Notes under the pieces: model-generated
What the model saw: only the letters and a program-made list of their open reading frames with translations
Databases searched by the model: none
Told to the model about the DNA's origin: nothing
In this document: piece after piece, positions 11,183 through 23,656 of the stretch
How the letters are laid out: each line of letters begins with the position of its first letter
How positions within the stretch are numbered: position 1 is the stretch's first letter
Made by a program: the position numbers and the translations under genes
Assembly (NCBI RefSeq): GCF_016433145.1
Contig: NC_058132.1
Coordinates: forward strand, 645,055,297-645,119,296
Length of the DNA stretch: 64,000 nt
DNA from: Gracilinanus agilis
Lineage: Eukaryota
Direction: 5' to 3'

Positions 11183-13399
11183 TTTGAAATTATTTTTTTA
11201 TTTTGAATATTTTCTCCTAGTTACATATTTCATGTTCATTCCATCTCCCCCAATCTCCCCTAACCCCCCTTAGCCAACACACAATTCCACAGGGTTTTAC
11301 AAGCATGCATCATTGATCAAGACCTAATTCCATATTATCGATAGTTGGACTAGAGTTATCATTTAGTGTCTATATCCCTAATAATATCCCCATCAGCCCA
11401 TGTGTTCAAACAGTTGTTTTTCTTCTGTGTTTCTCCTCCCATAGTTCTTCCTCTGAATGTGGCTAGTTTTCTTTCTTATAAGTCCCTCAGCCTTGCTCTG
11501 GATCCTTGTATTGCTGGTAGTATAAAAGTCCGTTATGTTCAATTGTACCACAGTGTATCAGTCTCTGTGTACAATGTTCTCCTGGTTCTGCTCCTTTCAC
11601 TTTGCATCAATTCCTGGAGGTCATTCCAGTTCACATGGAATTCCTCCAGTTCTTTATTCCTTTGGGCACAATAGCATTCCATCACCAATGGATACCACAA
11701 TTTGTTCAGCCATTCCCCAATTGAAGGGCGTACCCTCATTTTCCAGTTTTTTGCCACCACAAAAAGTACAGCTATAAATATTTTTGCACAAGTCTTTTTC
11801 CTTATTATTTCTTTGGGGGTATAATCCAAGCAGTGATATGGCTGGATCAAAAGGCAGATAGTCTTTTAAAGCCCTTTGAGAATAGTTCCAAATTGCCATC
11901 CAGAATGGTTGGATCAGTTCACAACTCCACCAGCAATGCATTCATGTCCCAATTTTGCCACATCCCTTCCAACATTCATTTCTCTCCCCTGTTGTCATTT
12001 TAGCCAATCCACTAGGTGTGATATGCCTAAGAGTTGTTTTGATTTGCATTTCTCTAATTATTAGAATCTTAGAACACTTTCTCATGTGCTTATTGATAGT
12101 TTTGATTTCTTTATCTGAGAATTGCCTATTCATGTCCCTTGCCCATTTATCGATTTGGGGATGGCTTGATTTTTTTGTACAATTGATTTAGCTCCTTGTA
12201 TATTTGAGTGATTAGACCTTCATCTGAGTTTTTTTGTTATAAAGATTTTTTCCCAATTTATTGTTTCCCTTCTAATTTTGGTAGCATTAGTTTTGTCTTT
12301 ACAAAACCTTTTTAGTTTAATGTAGTCAAAATTAATTATTTTACATTTTGTGATTTTTTAACTCTTACTCAGTTTTAAAATCTTTCCCTTCCCATAGATC
12401 TGACAAGTATACTATTCTGTGCTCACCCAATTTACCTATAGTTTCCTTATATATCTAAAACCATCAGCAAACATCATCTGCAGTGAAACCAGGATGCCCA
12501 TTATCACCTCTATTATTTAACATTGTATTGGAAACACTAACAGTAGCAATTAGAAAAAAAAAGAAATTGAAGATATAAAAATAGGCAAGGAGGAGACTAA
12601 GCTATCACTCTTTGCAGATGATATGATGGTCTACTTAAAAATCCTAGATATTCAACTAAAAAGTTAGTGGAAATAATCAACAACTTTAGCAAAGTTGCAG
12701 GATACAAAATAAATGCACATAAATCATCAGCATTTCTATATATTTCCAACACATCACAGCAGGGAGAGTTAGAAAGAGAAACACCATTTAAAATCACCCT
12801 AGATAATATAAATACTTAGGAATCTATCTGCCAAGACAAACACAGGAATTATACGAACACAACTATGAAACCCTTTCCACCCAATTAAAACTAGATCTAA
12901 ACAACTGGAAAAAACATTGATTGCTCATGTGTAGGACGAGCTAACATAATAAAAATGACCATCCTACCCAAATGAATTTACCTATTTAGTGCTATACCTA
13001 TGAAACTACCAAACAACTTTTTTTACTGAATTAGAAAAAAACTATAACTAAATTCATTTGGAACAACAAAAGACCAAGAATATCAAGGGAAATAATGAAA
13101 AAAAAAAGAAGGAAGGTGGCCTAGCAGTACCAGATCTTAAGCTGTACTACAAAGCAGCAGTCATTAAAACAATATGGTACTGGCGAAGAGACAGAAAGGA
13201 GGATCAGTGGAGTAGACTAGGGGTCAGCAAGACAGTGTATGATAAACCTAAAGAACCCAGCTTTTAGGACAAAAACCTGCTATTTGACAAAAACTGCTTG
13301 GAAAATTGGAAAACAATATGGGAGATATTGGGCCTAGATCAATATCTCACACCCTATACCAAGATAAACTCAGAATGGGTGAATAGTTTGAATATAAAG
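11183..13399 (-). mobile_element. 5'-truncated, 5'-inverted L1 (twin-priming structure) with 15-bp TSD
   Basis: ORF2 C-terminus and 3'UTR on - at ~11183-12460; RT region (LSLFADDMMVYL) on + at ~12460-13399. TSD atggatgaagcattt at 11168-11182 and 13400-13414. Confidence 0.9.
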
Positions 13400-13637
13400 A
13401 TGGATGAAGCATTTAAGTGCACAGAAGAGAAGAGAAAGTATTTGAGAAGGACTTAGATTAGTAGTACAGTTTGGGAATTAACTTGTTAAATCATTATATA
13501 TGAAATTAAAACAAGTTGTCCCTAACAGTCAATGAAAAACCACTTATAAAATGTGACTTCTAGGTCAGCAGTCATTATGCCTAATAGTCACAGAATCACA
13601 TGCAATCATTTTTATTACTACTTAATAACTATAGGTT

Positions 13638-13846
13638 GGAGAGACAGCTAGGCTGCTCAATGGATTTGATAGCCAGGCCTAGAGATGAGAGGTCTTATGT
13701 TCAAATCTAGCCTCAGACACTTCCTAGCTATGTGATCCTGGGAAAGTCACTTACCTCTCATTGCCTAATCCTTACCACTCTTCTGCCTTAGATCCAATAG
13801 ACAGTATTGATTCTAAGACCAAAGTTATTGACTTAAAAAATAAAAA
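13638..13846 (+). mobile_element. SINE1_Mdo-type SINE
   Basis: Head/core/A-tail similarity to other copies. Confidence 0.8.
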
Positions 13847-14549
13847 AGGTGGTTTATTTTCTGTCTTTCCTTATTTATTCATCTATCTATTTATTTATTG
13901 AACAATATTTTTATATGTAAAGTTCAGAATTAAAAAAAAATAAAGGATATGCAAATTAAAACAAAAAATATATTAATGTGGGTTAAAAAAAGATAATGAA
14001 ATATCATTAGCAATGATCCCATCATGGAAATAAATATGGAAACTCCCAAAGCAATTACAGTATATTTTATCTAGCCTACTTTCTTTCTTATTATCTGACC
14101 TGGAAGAAAACCATTTTGACTAGAAACAGCCTCTGATGGGATCCTGTTCTCAAAGTACTCCCCATCTCCCAGTCTAGTTGAACTTGACACTGAGACTGAA
14201 TAGATTCAAAACAAAATTCAACTTAGCCTTTGGGTAACATTTTAAAATCATAAAGGGTTTGAAAGTCATACATTCTACCCATTGTAATTAATAATTGAAT
14301 AACATATTAAGAAAAGACAAAGAGAAAGAAGCCAGGAGAGCCTTTTCTAGACTGAGCCTATAATGGAAGCATTTACAAAAGTACCTTGGCCTCCCATTGT
14401 GCTGGGATATTATAACTACCAAAGGTGATATGATCTCTAGTTTGGGCTGTCAAATTGTCAATGTTTCCTGATTTCCCCAGCACCCATGATTTCATGCATC
14501 CACATTAAGAAATTGAATAATTTTGGGAACTTGATCATTCTAGCTGAGT

Positions 14550-14556
14550 GGTGTGT

Positions 14557-14602
<46 letters not shown>
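14550..14602. repeat. (GT)n microsatellite upstream of TMEM207 exon 5
   Basis: Direct reading. Confidence 0.95.
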
Positions 14603-14604
<2 letters not shown>

Positions 14605-14729
14605 AAATATTTCTACAGATAAGACTATTGTCCCATTGGTCCAAAAAGGGCTGATTTCAGGGAGTAAATGATATCATTCTTTTCTCTGCTGATTAGAAAG
14701 ATCACTCCATTCTACCTTTCTTATTCCAG

Positions 14730-14866
14730 GCACAGAATCAGTGACCAATCCAACAGCAAGACTTGACCTTCATTCTCCAGACCCTGAGCTTTATTCTGGG
14801 TCCTGTATTATCCCTTTGGGCCCCCCACCTCCCTATGAAGATACCCAGAAGACAAGCAGATTGTAA
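14730..14866 (+). CDS. TMEM207: TMEM207 terminal coding exon 5 (GTESVTNPTARLDLHSPDPELYSGSCIIPLGPPPPYEDTQKTSRL*)
   Basis: tttcttattccag acceptor ends at 14729. Phase 1 completes the Gly codon from exon 4. PPxY motif matches human GSPPPYEE. TAA at 14864-14866. Too short for the supplied ORF track. Confidence 0.92.
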
Positions 14867-15124
14867 CCAGGAGCATCTTTTGTAAGAACCAAAGGTTTTT
14901 CTCCTCCCCCACCAGCCAGTCCACTAGAGGGTCAGTCTTCCACTTTTAGTCTTCTTAGCCCAGACTTCATAAGAGGCTAACATAATAGGCAAATAGCTCA
15001 TCTTCTAATGTGATATTGCCCAAAGGAGAACAAAAGAAAAAAAGGATGCCCAGTCTCTGGCACTGTGCTTGAATGAAAGGAAGACTAGTCCTGGCTGTTA
15101 GGTCACTCCCTATCAGGGGAGTCA

Positions 15125-15125
<1 letters not shown>

Positions 15126-15169
<44 letters not shown>
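15126..15169. repeat. (AC)n microsatellite in the putative TMEM207 3'UTR
   Basis: Direct reading. Confidence 0.95.
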
Positions 15170-15172
<3 letters not shown>

Positions 15173-15577
15173 TAGTAGAGTCAAAATGATGGCACCTGAG
15201 AGGGCATCAGCAGCTGAGGTGATCAAGTCAGATCTTCTTTAGAAAATTGCATTTGAGCTGAGCTTTGAAGGAAACCAAAGATTCCAAGAAGTACTGGCAT
15301 GGAAGCAAGAGAGATTGCCGTCTGTGCAAAGTCACAAACATAGATGAGAGATGAAATGTTATCAGTGAGGAACAGTAAAAAAAAAAACTGGTTTAGCTGG
15401 ACCCTGAAGAGTAAATACATAATATGGCAGGAAAGGTAGGTGGGTGTGGGGCTGGGTCACTCCTCCTTCAGAGGTTATTCTTGGCAAGCAACATCTCTCT
15501 GTATTTCAGTGTCTATTTATAAAGCTGGACAAAGTCGTCCAGTGGGAATATAGGCAACTGATAAGCAAGCAATGATA

Positions 15578-15625
15578 AATAAAGCATTCTGTTCATTTAA
15601 AAAATCAGAAAATATCAATAATAAA
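15578..15625 (+). terminator. Candidate TMEM207 polyadenylation signals (AATAAA x2)
   Basis: AATAAA at 15578-15583 and 15620-15625, followed by a GT/T-rich stretch, about 0.7 kb after the stop. Confidence 0.5.
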
Positions 15626-16867
15626 GTTTGTTTCATAAAAGAAACTCAGAAAAGAGTATCTGTTTCTCTTCTTTCAGCTTTGATCAAATATATTCCATTT
15701 ATCGAGTTGGAGAATGTGTCTGAGAGCCAGGCCAGCCCTCTCTCCCCCAGCTGTGCCCCCTCTTCCAGACACATCTGGGATCAGAGAGGATTGTTTGACC
15801 ACTGGACTTTGGCTGTCAGTGATAATGTTGCCTGAGAAGACACAGTTTGCTTGTGTCCTGTTTGTAGACTTCCATGAAAGCAGGCTCAGAGAGACTGTTC
15901 CTGCCCCCACCCGTCCCTCCCCTCCCCTCTGGGGTTTTGGAGGAGCTCTTTCCTTGTCAGACAGCACAGGCATCACTTCTGCAGCGGGGCTTGTTAGCCA
16001 GCTGCACTGGGCTTTCCTCAACTAGGGCTTTTGCACCATGCTATCTCTCTGGGAGAGAGAAATTACAGAGAACTGAAATGTCAGGGTTTGAACAGTGAAA
16101 AGGTTTTAAGTCCATGGAAGAGAGTTTGAAAAAGAGTCCAAAATTTGTCCATCTGGACTGTATAATTAAATCTTTTAAAAGCACGAAGACAGCTCGGACT
16201 GGACCTGCATTGTTGGAACTTCTTGATTATTTTTCATCTCTGGAATCCACTTGTTTCTTCTTCGTCGGTGGTCTTACTTTCAGACTAAACTTCATCTCTA
16301 GATCTGTGATCTCTCAAGTCCTGGGGAGACTCCCCTGAAGAAACAGAGGCCAGTTTGTAGGAGAGTTGAAAATAGGAGAGAGCCTGCTTACTTGGGAGTG
16401 GCGGCATCTGAATTTGCCTTCTAGCTCTGCCGTTGACTTGTTAGGCCATCTTGGGCAAATGACTCTCCTCCTGAGCTTTGGTTTCCTCAGCGGAAAAGAG
16501 CCCGTTTCTTGAGATGATTTCTCAGGCTGACCCCTTCTAACGCCTCTGTCCAACTCCATCTCAGGCTCTTCTTTCTTGCAGGGCTAAGTAAACATCATCA
16601 ATTTCCAACTCAGAGGTAGTTGTTGCCGCAAACATCCAGCAGAGGGCAGGAAAGATCATCCAGCATTCCGATGCATGATCTTGGCCAGAATTTGTCAGAT
16701 TGGAACAAGTGTGGCCCTGGGGCCAAAGAGGACCAGATTCCCAACAGTGACCTGGCCTTGGTCAGCCAGCATGAAGGAAACAGCAGCCATCCTCATTGGC
16801 TGAGAGGTGGCAGGACCCTCAGAGGTTATTCAATCCAAAAAGGGAGCCATCTGATATTTGAATTTTT

Positions 16868-17039
16868 TTTTTAAACCCTTGTACTTCGGTGTATTGTCTC
16901 ATAGGTGGAAGATTGGTAAGGGTGGGCCATGGGGGTCAAGTGACTTGCCCAGGGTCACTGCAGCTGGGAAGTGTCTGAGGCCGGATTTGAACCTGTCTCT
17001 AGGCCTGACTCTCACTCCACTGAGCTACCCAGCTGCCCC
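16868..17039 (-). mobile_element. SINE1_Mdo-type SINE, short-tail variant
   Basis: Flanked by the direct repeat ctgatatttgaattttt. Confidence 0.85.
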
Positions 17040-17478
17040 CTGATATTTGAATTTTTAAAAGGGAACCCAGAATAAAGTAATCAACAGCCATTAATGGGAA
17101 ATTCCTCTTATGGGCCAAGCATTGGGCTTGGTCCCAGGATACAAGTGCAGAAGGATCATCATCCTTGCCCTCAAGAGCCTACATTCCCCTATACATGGTT
17201 CACACATCAGTAAATACAGGCTATTAAAAAGTCAGTGCTGAGTGATGTGGTCCAGGTGCGGATGGAATAGAGACTAACAGCTGTGTGTGGTGGATAGAGT
17301 GTTGGGCATGGAGACAAGAAGACCTGGTTTCAAATCCTACCTCAGACACTAGCTGTATAACCATTGGCAGTAACTAAATTCTTTGAGCCTCAGCTTCCTT
17401 AACTATAAAAAGGAGACTAATTCTCTGATATCTTCTGTCCTTTGCACATCTAAAATCTATGATGTTAAATAATTAGTT

Positions 17479-17683
17479 GGGGGCAGCTGGATAGCTCAGT
17501 GGACTGAGAGTCAGGCCTAGAGATGGGAGGTCCTGGGTTCAAATCTAGCCTCAGATACTTCCCAGCTGTGTGACCCTGGGCAAGTCACTTGACCCCCATT
17601 GCCTACCCTTACCACTCTTCCACCAAGGAGCCAATACTCAGAAGTTAAGGATTTAAAAACAAAACAAAACAAAAAAAAAAAAG
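17479..17683 (+). mobile_element. SINE1_Mdo-type SINE, short-tail variant
   Basis: Full head/core and (aaaac)n/A tail. Confidence 0.85.
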
Positions 17684-18253
17684 AATTAGCACTTGGACTG
17701 AACACTGAAGAGAGATATGGACTCTGACAGGCAGAGGGGAGGAGAGAGAGAACATCAGGCATGGGGAACCGTTTGTACAAAGACATCAAGGCCAAGGTAG
17801 GATGTCATCTAAGTCAATTCATCTCTTAGACTTCCAGCGTCCTCATCAGGAAAATTGTGATGATATAAGGTACACAAGATTGTCATGAGAGAAGTACTTT
17901 TGGTGGAACTTATTACCTTAATCCTCATTCTCATCAGTCACCAAGGGAATTAGCTGTCTCAGATTTAGAAGAAGATTTGACTCAGCCTCCTACTCACTAA
18001 CATGAGAGGGGAATGTTGAAGCTGCTTCAAGAAAAAGATGACTTTTTGGAGCTTGGAATCTACACCAACTTGGGTTCAAATCACTAGTCCCTGCCCCCAA
18101 CATTTATTAGCTGTGTGATCTTGAGCAAGTCCCTTAATTTCACTAAGCTTTGCTTTCTTCATCTGTAATATGGGGAAAGGAGAAGCCAGTAACAGCATGC
18201 TTGTGAAGTCCTATATCTATTCATTGATTCACATATGTCTCTTATCCCTAGAC

Positions 18254-18672
18254 CAGTGATGGGCAAACTTTTTAAAGTGGGGGCCAAAGGAAAGGAAACA
18301 CTCATCTGTCAGTGTTTCTTTTTTTTTAAAAAAAACCTCACCTTCCATCTTGGAATCAATACTGTGTGTTGGCTCCAAGACAGAATAGTGGTAAGTACTA
18401 GGCAATGGGGGTTAAGTGACTTGCCCAGAGTCACACAGCCGGGAATTGGCTGAGGACAGATTTGAACCCAGGACCTCTCATCTCTAGGCCTGGCTCTCAA
18501 TCCACTGAGCCACCCCGCTGCCCCCTGTCAATCTGTTTCTAAGGCAACTCTTTAGAAGTTTCATTGTATAGTATCCTACTCATTGTATTCGTCAGATTAG
18601 GAATAATGTCACACAGCCAGAACCTTTCAGGGGGCTGCATCTGGACCAAGGACCATAGTTTGCCCATCACTG
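18254..18672 (+). mobile_element. hAT (Charlie-like) MITE, family A, with a nested SINE (~18315-18525, - strand)
   Basis: TIRs cagtgatgggcaaact / agtttgcccatcactg. Perfect 8-bp TSD ccctagac (18246-18253 / 18673-18680). Confidence 0.9.
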
Positions 18673-18789
18673 CCCTAGACCATGTCATAGACATTGTGGA
18701 TGGGATAGAGTCCACCATTCTACCATAAAAATAAGGATCTTACAGGCAGCATTTGACCAGTGATGGTGGTAGTAAATAATTTGAGGATT

Positions 18790-19340
18790 CATCTATTATT
18801 CATTAAGCATCTATTATGAGCCTAGCACTGGTGAGGATGGGGGTGGGTCTCTAGATTCAAAAACAAACATAAAAGTCCTTGCCTTTGAGCTGCCAGCATT
18901 CCCCTGGAGGAGAGATAACAAGTAATTGCCAAGTATAGACAAAATAAGGCAAATTTCCAGAGGGAGATAACACTTAGGAGAGAGCTTCCCACAGGAGGTA
19001 ACAGATTAACTATGTTTTGAAGGATGTTGGAATTCCAGGAGATGAAGACAAGAAGGAAGTGTATTACAACAGGGCTTCCTATGCAAAGCCACTGCATTGG
19101 GACATAGATATTGTATGACAGTTATATGTTGTGAGCACAAAGGAGACTGAGAGAAAATAAACTGGAGATGGGGCTGGGGTGGGATCATACAGTGGAGAGC
19201 CCTAAATATCAGGCTAGAGAGTTTGTATTTTTCCCCTAAAGAAAATCCAGAGCCACCAATGGCACTTCATTCTTGGGAGGGGGAAAATTGGGGCACACAG
19301 AACTATTGTAGGAACTTCCGAGTTCTTTCTATAAACTAGA
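18790..19340 (-). mobile_element. L2 3' fragment
   Basis: attcattaagcatctattatgagcctagcactgg...cctgccc/ttgagc L2-tail-like motifs. Boundaries approximate. Confidence 0.55.
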
Positions 19341-20999
19341 ACTGTTATTATTTTGGTTGAGTGCATCCACTTAAGTGATGATATATATTTTTGTAAGAGA
19401 AATTGACTTGCATTTTTGCTGTCTAAAAAGTGGTGGAAGCCAGTATTCTGGGGATGGCTGCCATCTGAAAGTACTTTGGGGAGATCCTTGGATTTCAGAG
19501 CGGTTGAAAGAGCCCTCAGAGGAGAAATTTTGAATAACACAAAGCAGAAGCCTGCATTTTGCACAGCTGGCTTTGCGGTGAATTTAAAAATACCATCCCT
19601 TAAATGACACCCCTGAAATGAAACTGCATATGGCCTGAGCCTAAAATAGCTGTTACTCACTGCAGCAGGAGTTCATCAATGTTCTTCACTATGAGGACAG
19701 AAAAGAGGATATTAGAATAATCACCAGTGTTTCTATAGCACCTCAGATCTCCCAGATTCCTTTACATGCCTCATCTCAGCTTAGCTACATAGCAGCACTT
19801 TGAGGTAGGAACTGCAAGCATGGTCCTCCCCACTTTCCAGATGAGATAGATGAGGCCCAGAGAGTGACCGGCTAGTATGCACCACAGGTAATCATTGTAT
19901 ATTATGTCACTAATGATGACAGTTTACTCAGTTCTTATAGCTCTCAGCTTCCTCGGCAGAGCGATGAGGGGTTGGATCAGATCATCACCATGGTATCTTC
20001 TAGCTCTGACACACTGTGATGCCTTCTTCAATTTGTAAAATAATAATTTCTAGTTAAACAAAATTCTCAGAGGAAGTATAAGAAAATTCCTTGCTGTCAT
20101 TGGGTGCCTTGTGCCAATTGTTTCCATGGCAGCCATTAGACACCTAGCTCAAGGGGAGCTCTTCTTTGTCTTGTTATGGGAACACATAGGAAGGGTTAAG
20201 CATGAAAACTTACCCAGAAGGCAAAGGTGTGTGGCCACTAGATGTCATCAGGAGAGATTCTTCTAACCTGAGCAGGTGCAAAAGGGAAATTGGCTACAAG
20301 TAGCTTCCTTATTGTTCTTCTTTGCTTTTGATTCATCCATTTCTTTTCTCAAACCCTTTGTTACATTTCATCTTGGCATGGCCATGAGCCTGAGCCCTTG
20401 GAAGACTGGCTGGTGGTTGCTAAGCTCTGGCAAGTCTTACAGAGTGGTAGAACCTTTAGGTATGGAACATTGGTGGAGTTAGATTCATTTTACCTACCTA
20501 ATTATCTGCTCTGGATTCTCCTCGGAAGGAGAAACTGTGAGGAAAGGGAAATTTGGGGACACGGAGAAAGGTTGGGCAATACCAGAAGGCAAGAAAGCAG
20601 TTACCTACTAACATATTTTTTCTAAATCAGTGTCCTCTCTCCTACCTCCATGTCTTTGCCTAGAATCTGCAGAGAGAGTCTAGAATATGACCTTCCTCAG
20701 CGTGACTTTTGGAAAGCTTAGCTTCCTCTAGGCTTAACTCATGAATGGCTTCCTTTGAGAAGGGTTTCTTCTTCCAGTTAATACTGCTTTCTTCTTCCAC
20801 AAATTATTACCTACTTATATCTTTGCATTTCCTCTCACACAGCAGAGTGGAAATTTCTCGAGGGAGCTCTTTTCATATCTGTGTTTGTATCTGTTGTGCC
20901 TAGCACAGGGTCTTATGAATAAATATGCACTTAATTCTTACTTGGTGAATTCAGTTAAATTAATAGATTTCACTTCCCCAAATAATTGATGGATGGAGA

Positions 21000-21262
21000 C
21001 ACATATTGTTCTTGTTATTCAGTTGTTTCAATCACATCTAACTCTTCATGACCCCATTCGGGATTTTCTTGGGAAAGCCATTGGAATGATCTGCTGTTTC
21101 CTTCTCCAGCTCATTTTATGGATGAGGAAACTGAGGCAAAACAGGATAAAGTGACTTACTCAGCCTCAGATAGCTAGGAAGTGCCTGAGGTCAGATTTGA
21201 ACCCAGGAAGACGAATCTTCCTGAATATAGACTGTGCATTCTAGCTACTGTGCTGCCTAGCT
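21000..21262 (-). mobile_element. MAR1-type marsupial SINE (CORE + RTE-derived tail)
   Basis: Antisense of the ...ggagaaggaaa..gccaagaaaaccccaaatggggtca..gactgaacaac tail plus core. Confidence 0.75.
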
Positions 21263-22368
21263 TACTCATCTGAAGATACATACTGGCTTTAAAAAGTTGT
21301 TCCCAGATATCCGATGCCCACTGAAGGAGTGAATTTTGATTAAATTTACTGTACAAAAATGAGGGTGAATATTAGTCAGAAGATAAAAATGCAGAGACTA
21401 GGACAATGTCTGGGCCTTATGTGATGCTCTTGTGTTTCATCACTGGCAGCTTTTAAAATATAGAATTGGGAAATGTGGTCATTTCCTTTGTGACTTTGTA
21501 AACGCTAATCAGTTCTTGATTATCACTATCAGGAGAATGGATAATTTCAAATAGTGAAAAATAATCATTTCTATCCCTTAGGAGCTCTCATCTCAATTCC
21601 CACTTAGACTATTGAGTCAGAGCTGTGTTATGTCTCTCTTTTAGGGTTTTCAGTGTGATGTCTTTGATGATAAAGGCTTATCCCTCCATTCCTCTATGTT
21701 CTCCACAATAGTAAACATCAGTGATTAGTCGTACTTTTATTTAGTCAATTAACATGTTTGCTTTAAGAAAAGGATAATTACTGAAAATATTTAGCAATAA
21801 GAGAAATACAAACACTACCCTCACCCATAGATGTGAGGACACAGTCTCCCCAAAGCCATCCCAATCATTTGGGAGAATGGGCTCAAACTTAGAGCAGTTT
21901 CTCCAAAGCATTTTCTTCTACCAATGTCATTTCCAGAGTCCTCCCTCTTAGAGGACCCAGATTCTTGAATGGAAAGTCAATCTGGTGTTGGGCTGAAGCT
22001 TGTTTATTCTTCCAGACTATATGGGCAGGCTACAAACCCTGGTCTAGACTCTGGCTACCAGACGTCCAGTATTTCTCTCCCAAGACCTTCATGGCTCAAA
22101 AAGTTATACTATAGTTTGATATTTCTGCACCTAATAGTGAGAAAGAAAAAAGTAAGAACAGGGCTATGTAACACTCAAGAACCATCTTAGCTCTGGTTAA
22201 GATATCAGTTGTAGGACTATTGCCTATGTAATACTCAGAGCAGAAAAAGTACCTGTGCATGCTTGGAAGGCCATGCTGAGATTGCCTCAGGATAGGATGC
22301 ACCATGTGCCCAGGAGGGTTAAGCTTATTGGACAGACCTTCAATGAACATAAAAATGTGTCTTTGAAC

Positions 22369-22373
<5 letters not shown>

Positions 22374-22411
<38 letters not shown>
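22374..22411. repeat. (GT)n microsatellite
   Basis: Direct reading. Confidence 0.95.
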
Positions 22412-22959
22412 TATAGTATTTAGAGATCTAGTCTGAAGTCAGGAGGCCCTAGGTTCAAGTTCTACTGGGGTCTAGGGAACCTTGGGCAAGTTTAGATTTC
22501 GAAAAATCCCAGGAAACTCTATTATTAAATTACAGAGAAGATATTGATAGAAGAAGTTTACTTATCTGAGAGCTCTCAATCACAGTTCTAATTTTTTTAA
22601 ATGAGTATTGCTGTGTCTAAAGTAACAGTCTCTTACACCACAAGATAATGAAGCCTAGTGAAGAACTGAGATGGAATCACCCAGTGCCTTGTCCACCATG
22701 GTTATTCAGCTAATATTTATTGTTTAGAAAAATGAATACATTGTTCCCTAGACTTGTCACTGCCCAATAGATCATCCAGTTAATGTCAAAGAACAACATG
22801 GATATTGTTTGGCCCATCAAGTAATCTTTGGTACGTGTGGGAGAATTAGGTTCATTTATTATTAAATGAAGCATATGGAGGCTCTAGATTCTCTCAGGAA
22901 TAAGGCAGAGCACGAATGGTTCTGTATCCCAAAGAGATCAGAAATAGGAGAAAGGGATC

Positions 22960-23530
22960 TCCTTGCACAAAAATATTTTAGCAACTCCTTTTTGTCAGGG
23001 CAAGGAATTGAAAAAGAGGGTATCTGTCATCTGGGGAATGACTGAAAGAACTGTGGTATATGGTTATGATGGGACACTACTGTGCCCCAAGAGATTATAA
23101 GTTCAGAAAAACTTGGATTCATAAGAACAGATGCAAAGTGAAGTGAGCAGAATGAGAACAGTATATACAGTAACAAACATTGTATAGTGATCATCTGTGA
23201 GGACTAAACTATTATCAGCAAAATGAGGTTCCAAGATAACTCCAAGAGGCTGATGATAAAAAAAATGCTATTCAAAGCCAAAGAAGGAATTGTTAGAATC
23301 TGATTGTAGATCAAAGCATGCCATCTTTTGCTTTATTTCCTTCATAAGATATCTTTTTTATGCATGATGTGTCTTCTATCACATCAAGAGCAATATGGAA
23401 GTCTGTATTGCATGAAAGCATTGCTATAACCTATAGCAGACCATTTACGGTCTTGGGTGGGGATAGTCAGAAGACAATTGTTTAAAAAAATTGTTTCTAC
23501 ATGTAAGTGAAAATAAAATAAAAAAGAATA
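22960..23530 (+). mobile_element. Old L1 3' end
   Basis: Decayed ORF2 C-terminus (gcacaaaaatatttt..caaggaattgaaa..ctgtggtatatg) followed by 3'UTR and A-rich tail. Confidence 0.7.
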
Positions 23531-23656
23531 TAGCAAAGGATAGAACATAGCTTACTAGATGAAAAATAGCAGCAGTTCAATTTGTAGAGGTTCTTCTAGT
23601 TTCATTCTGACTCATAATACAACTATAGAATCTTTAGACTCTTCTTTCTTTTAGAC

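Noticed and set aside
11539-13267. ORFs with RT/ORF2-like peptides as host genes (also 26378-26683, 52584-52886, 63020-63454)
   Set aside because: Frameshifted L1/L2 remnants.
14918-14936. ccactagagggtcag CTCF-like motif in the TMEM207 3'UTR
   Set aside because: Lacks the near-invariant C after the G-run; weak match only.
19214-19660. 148-aa ORF and other 100-150-aa intronic or intergenic ORFs (e.g. 42238-42678, 44446-44892, 26170-26604)
   Set aside because: No recognisable domains, often overlap repeats, and are at a length expected by chance in six frames of 64 kb.
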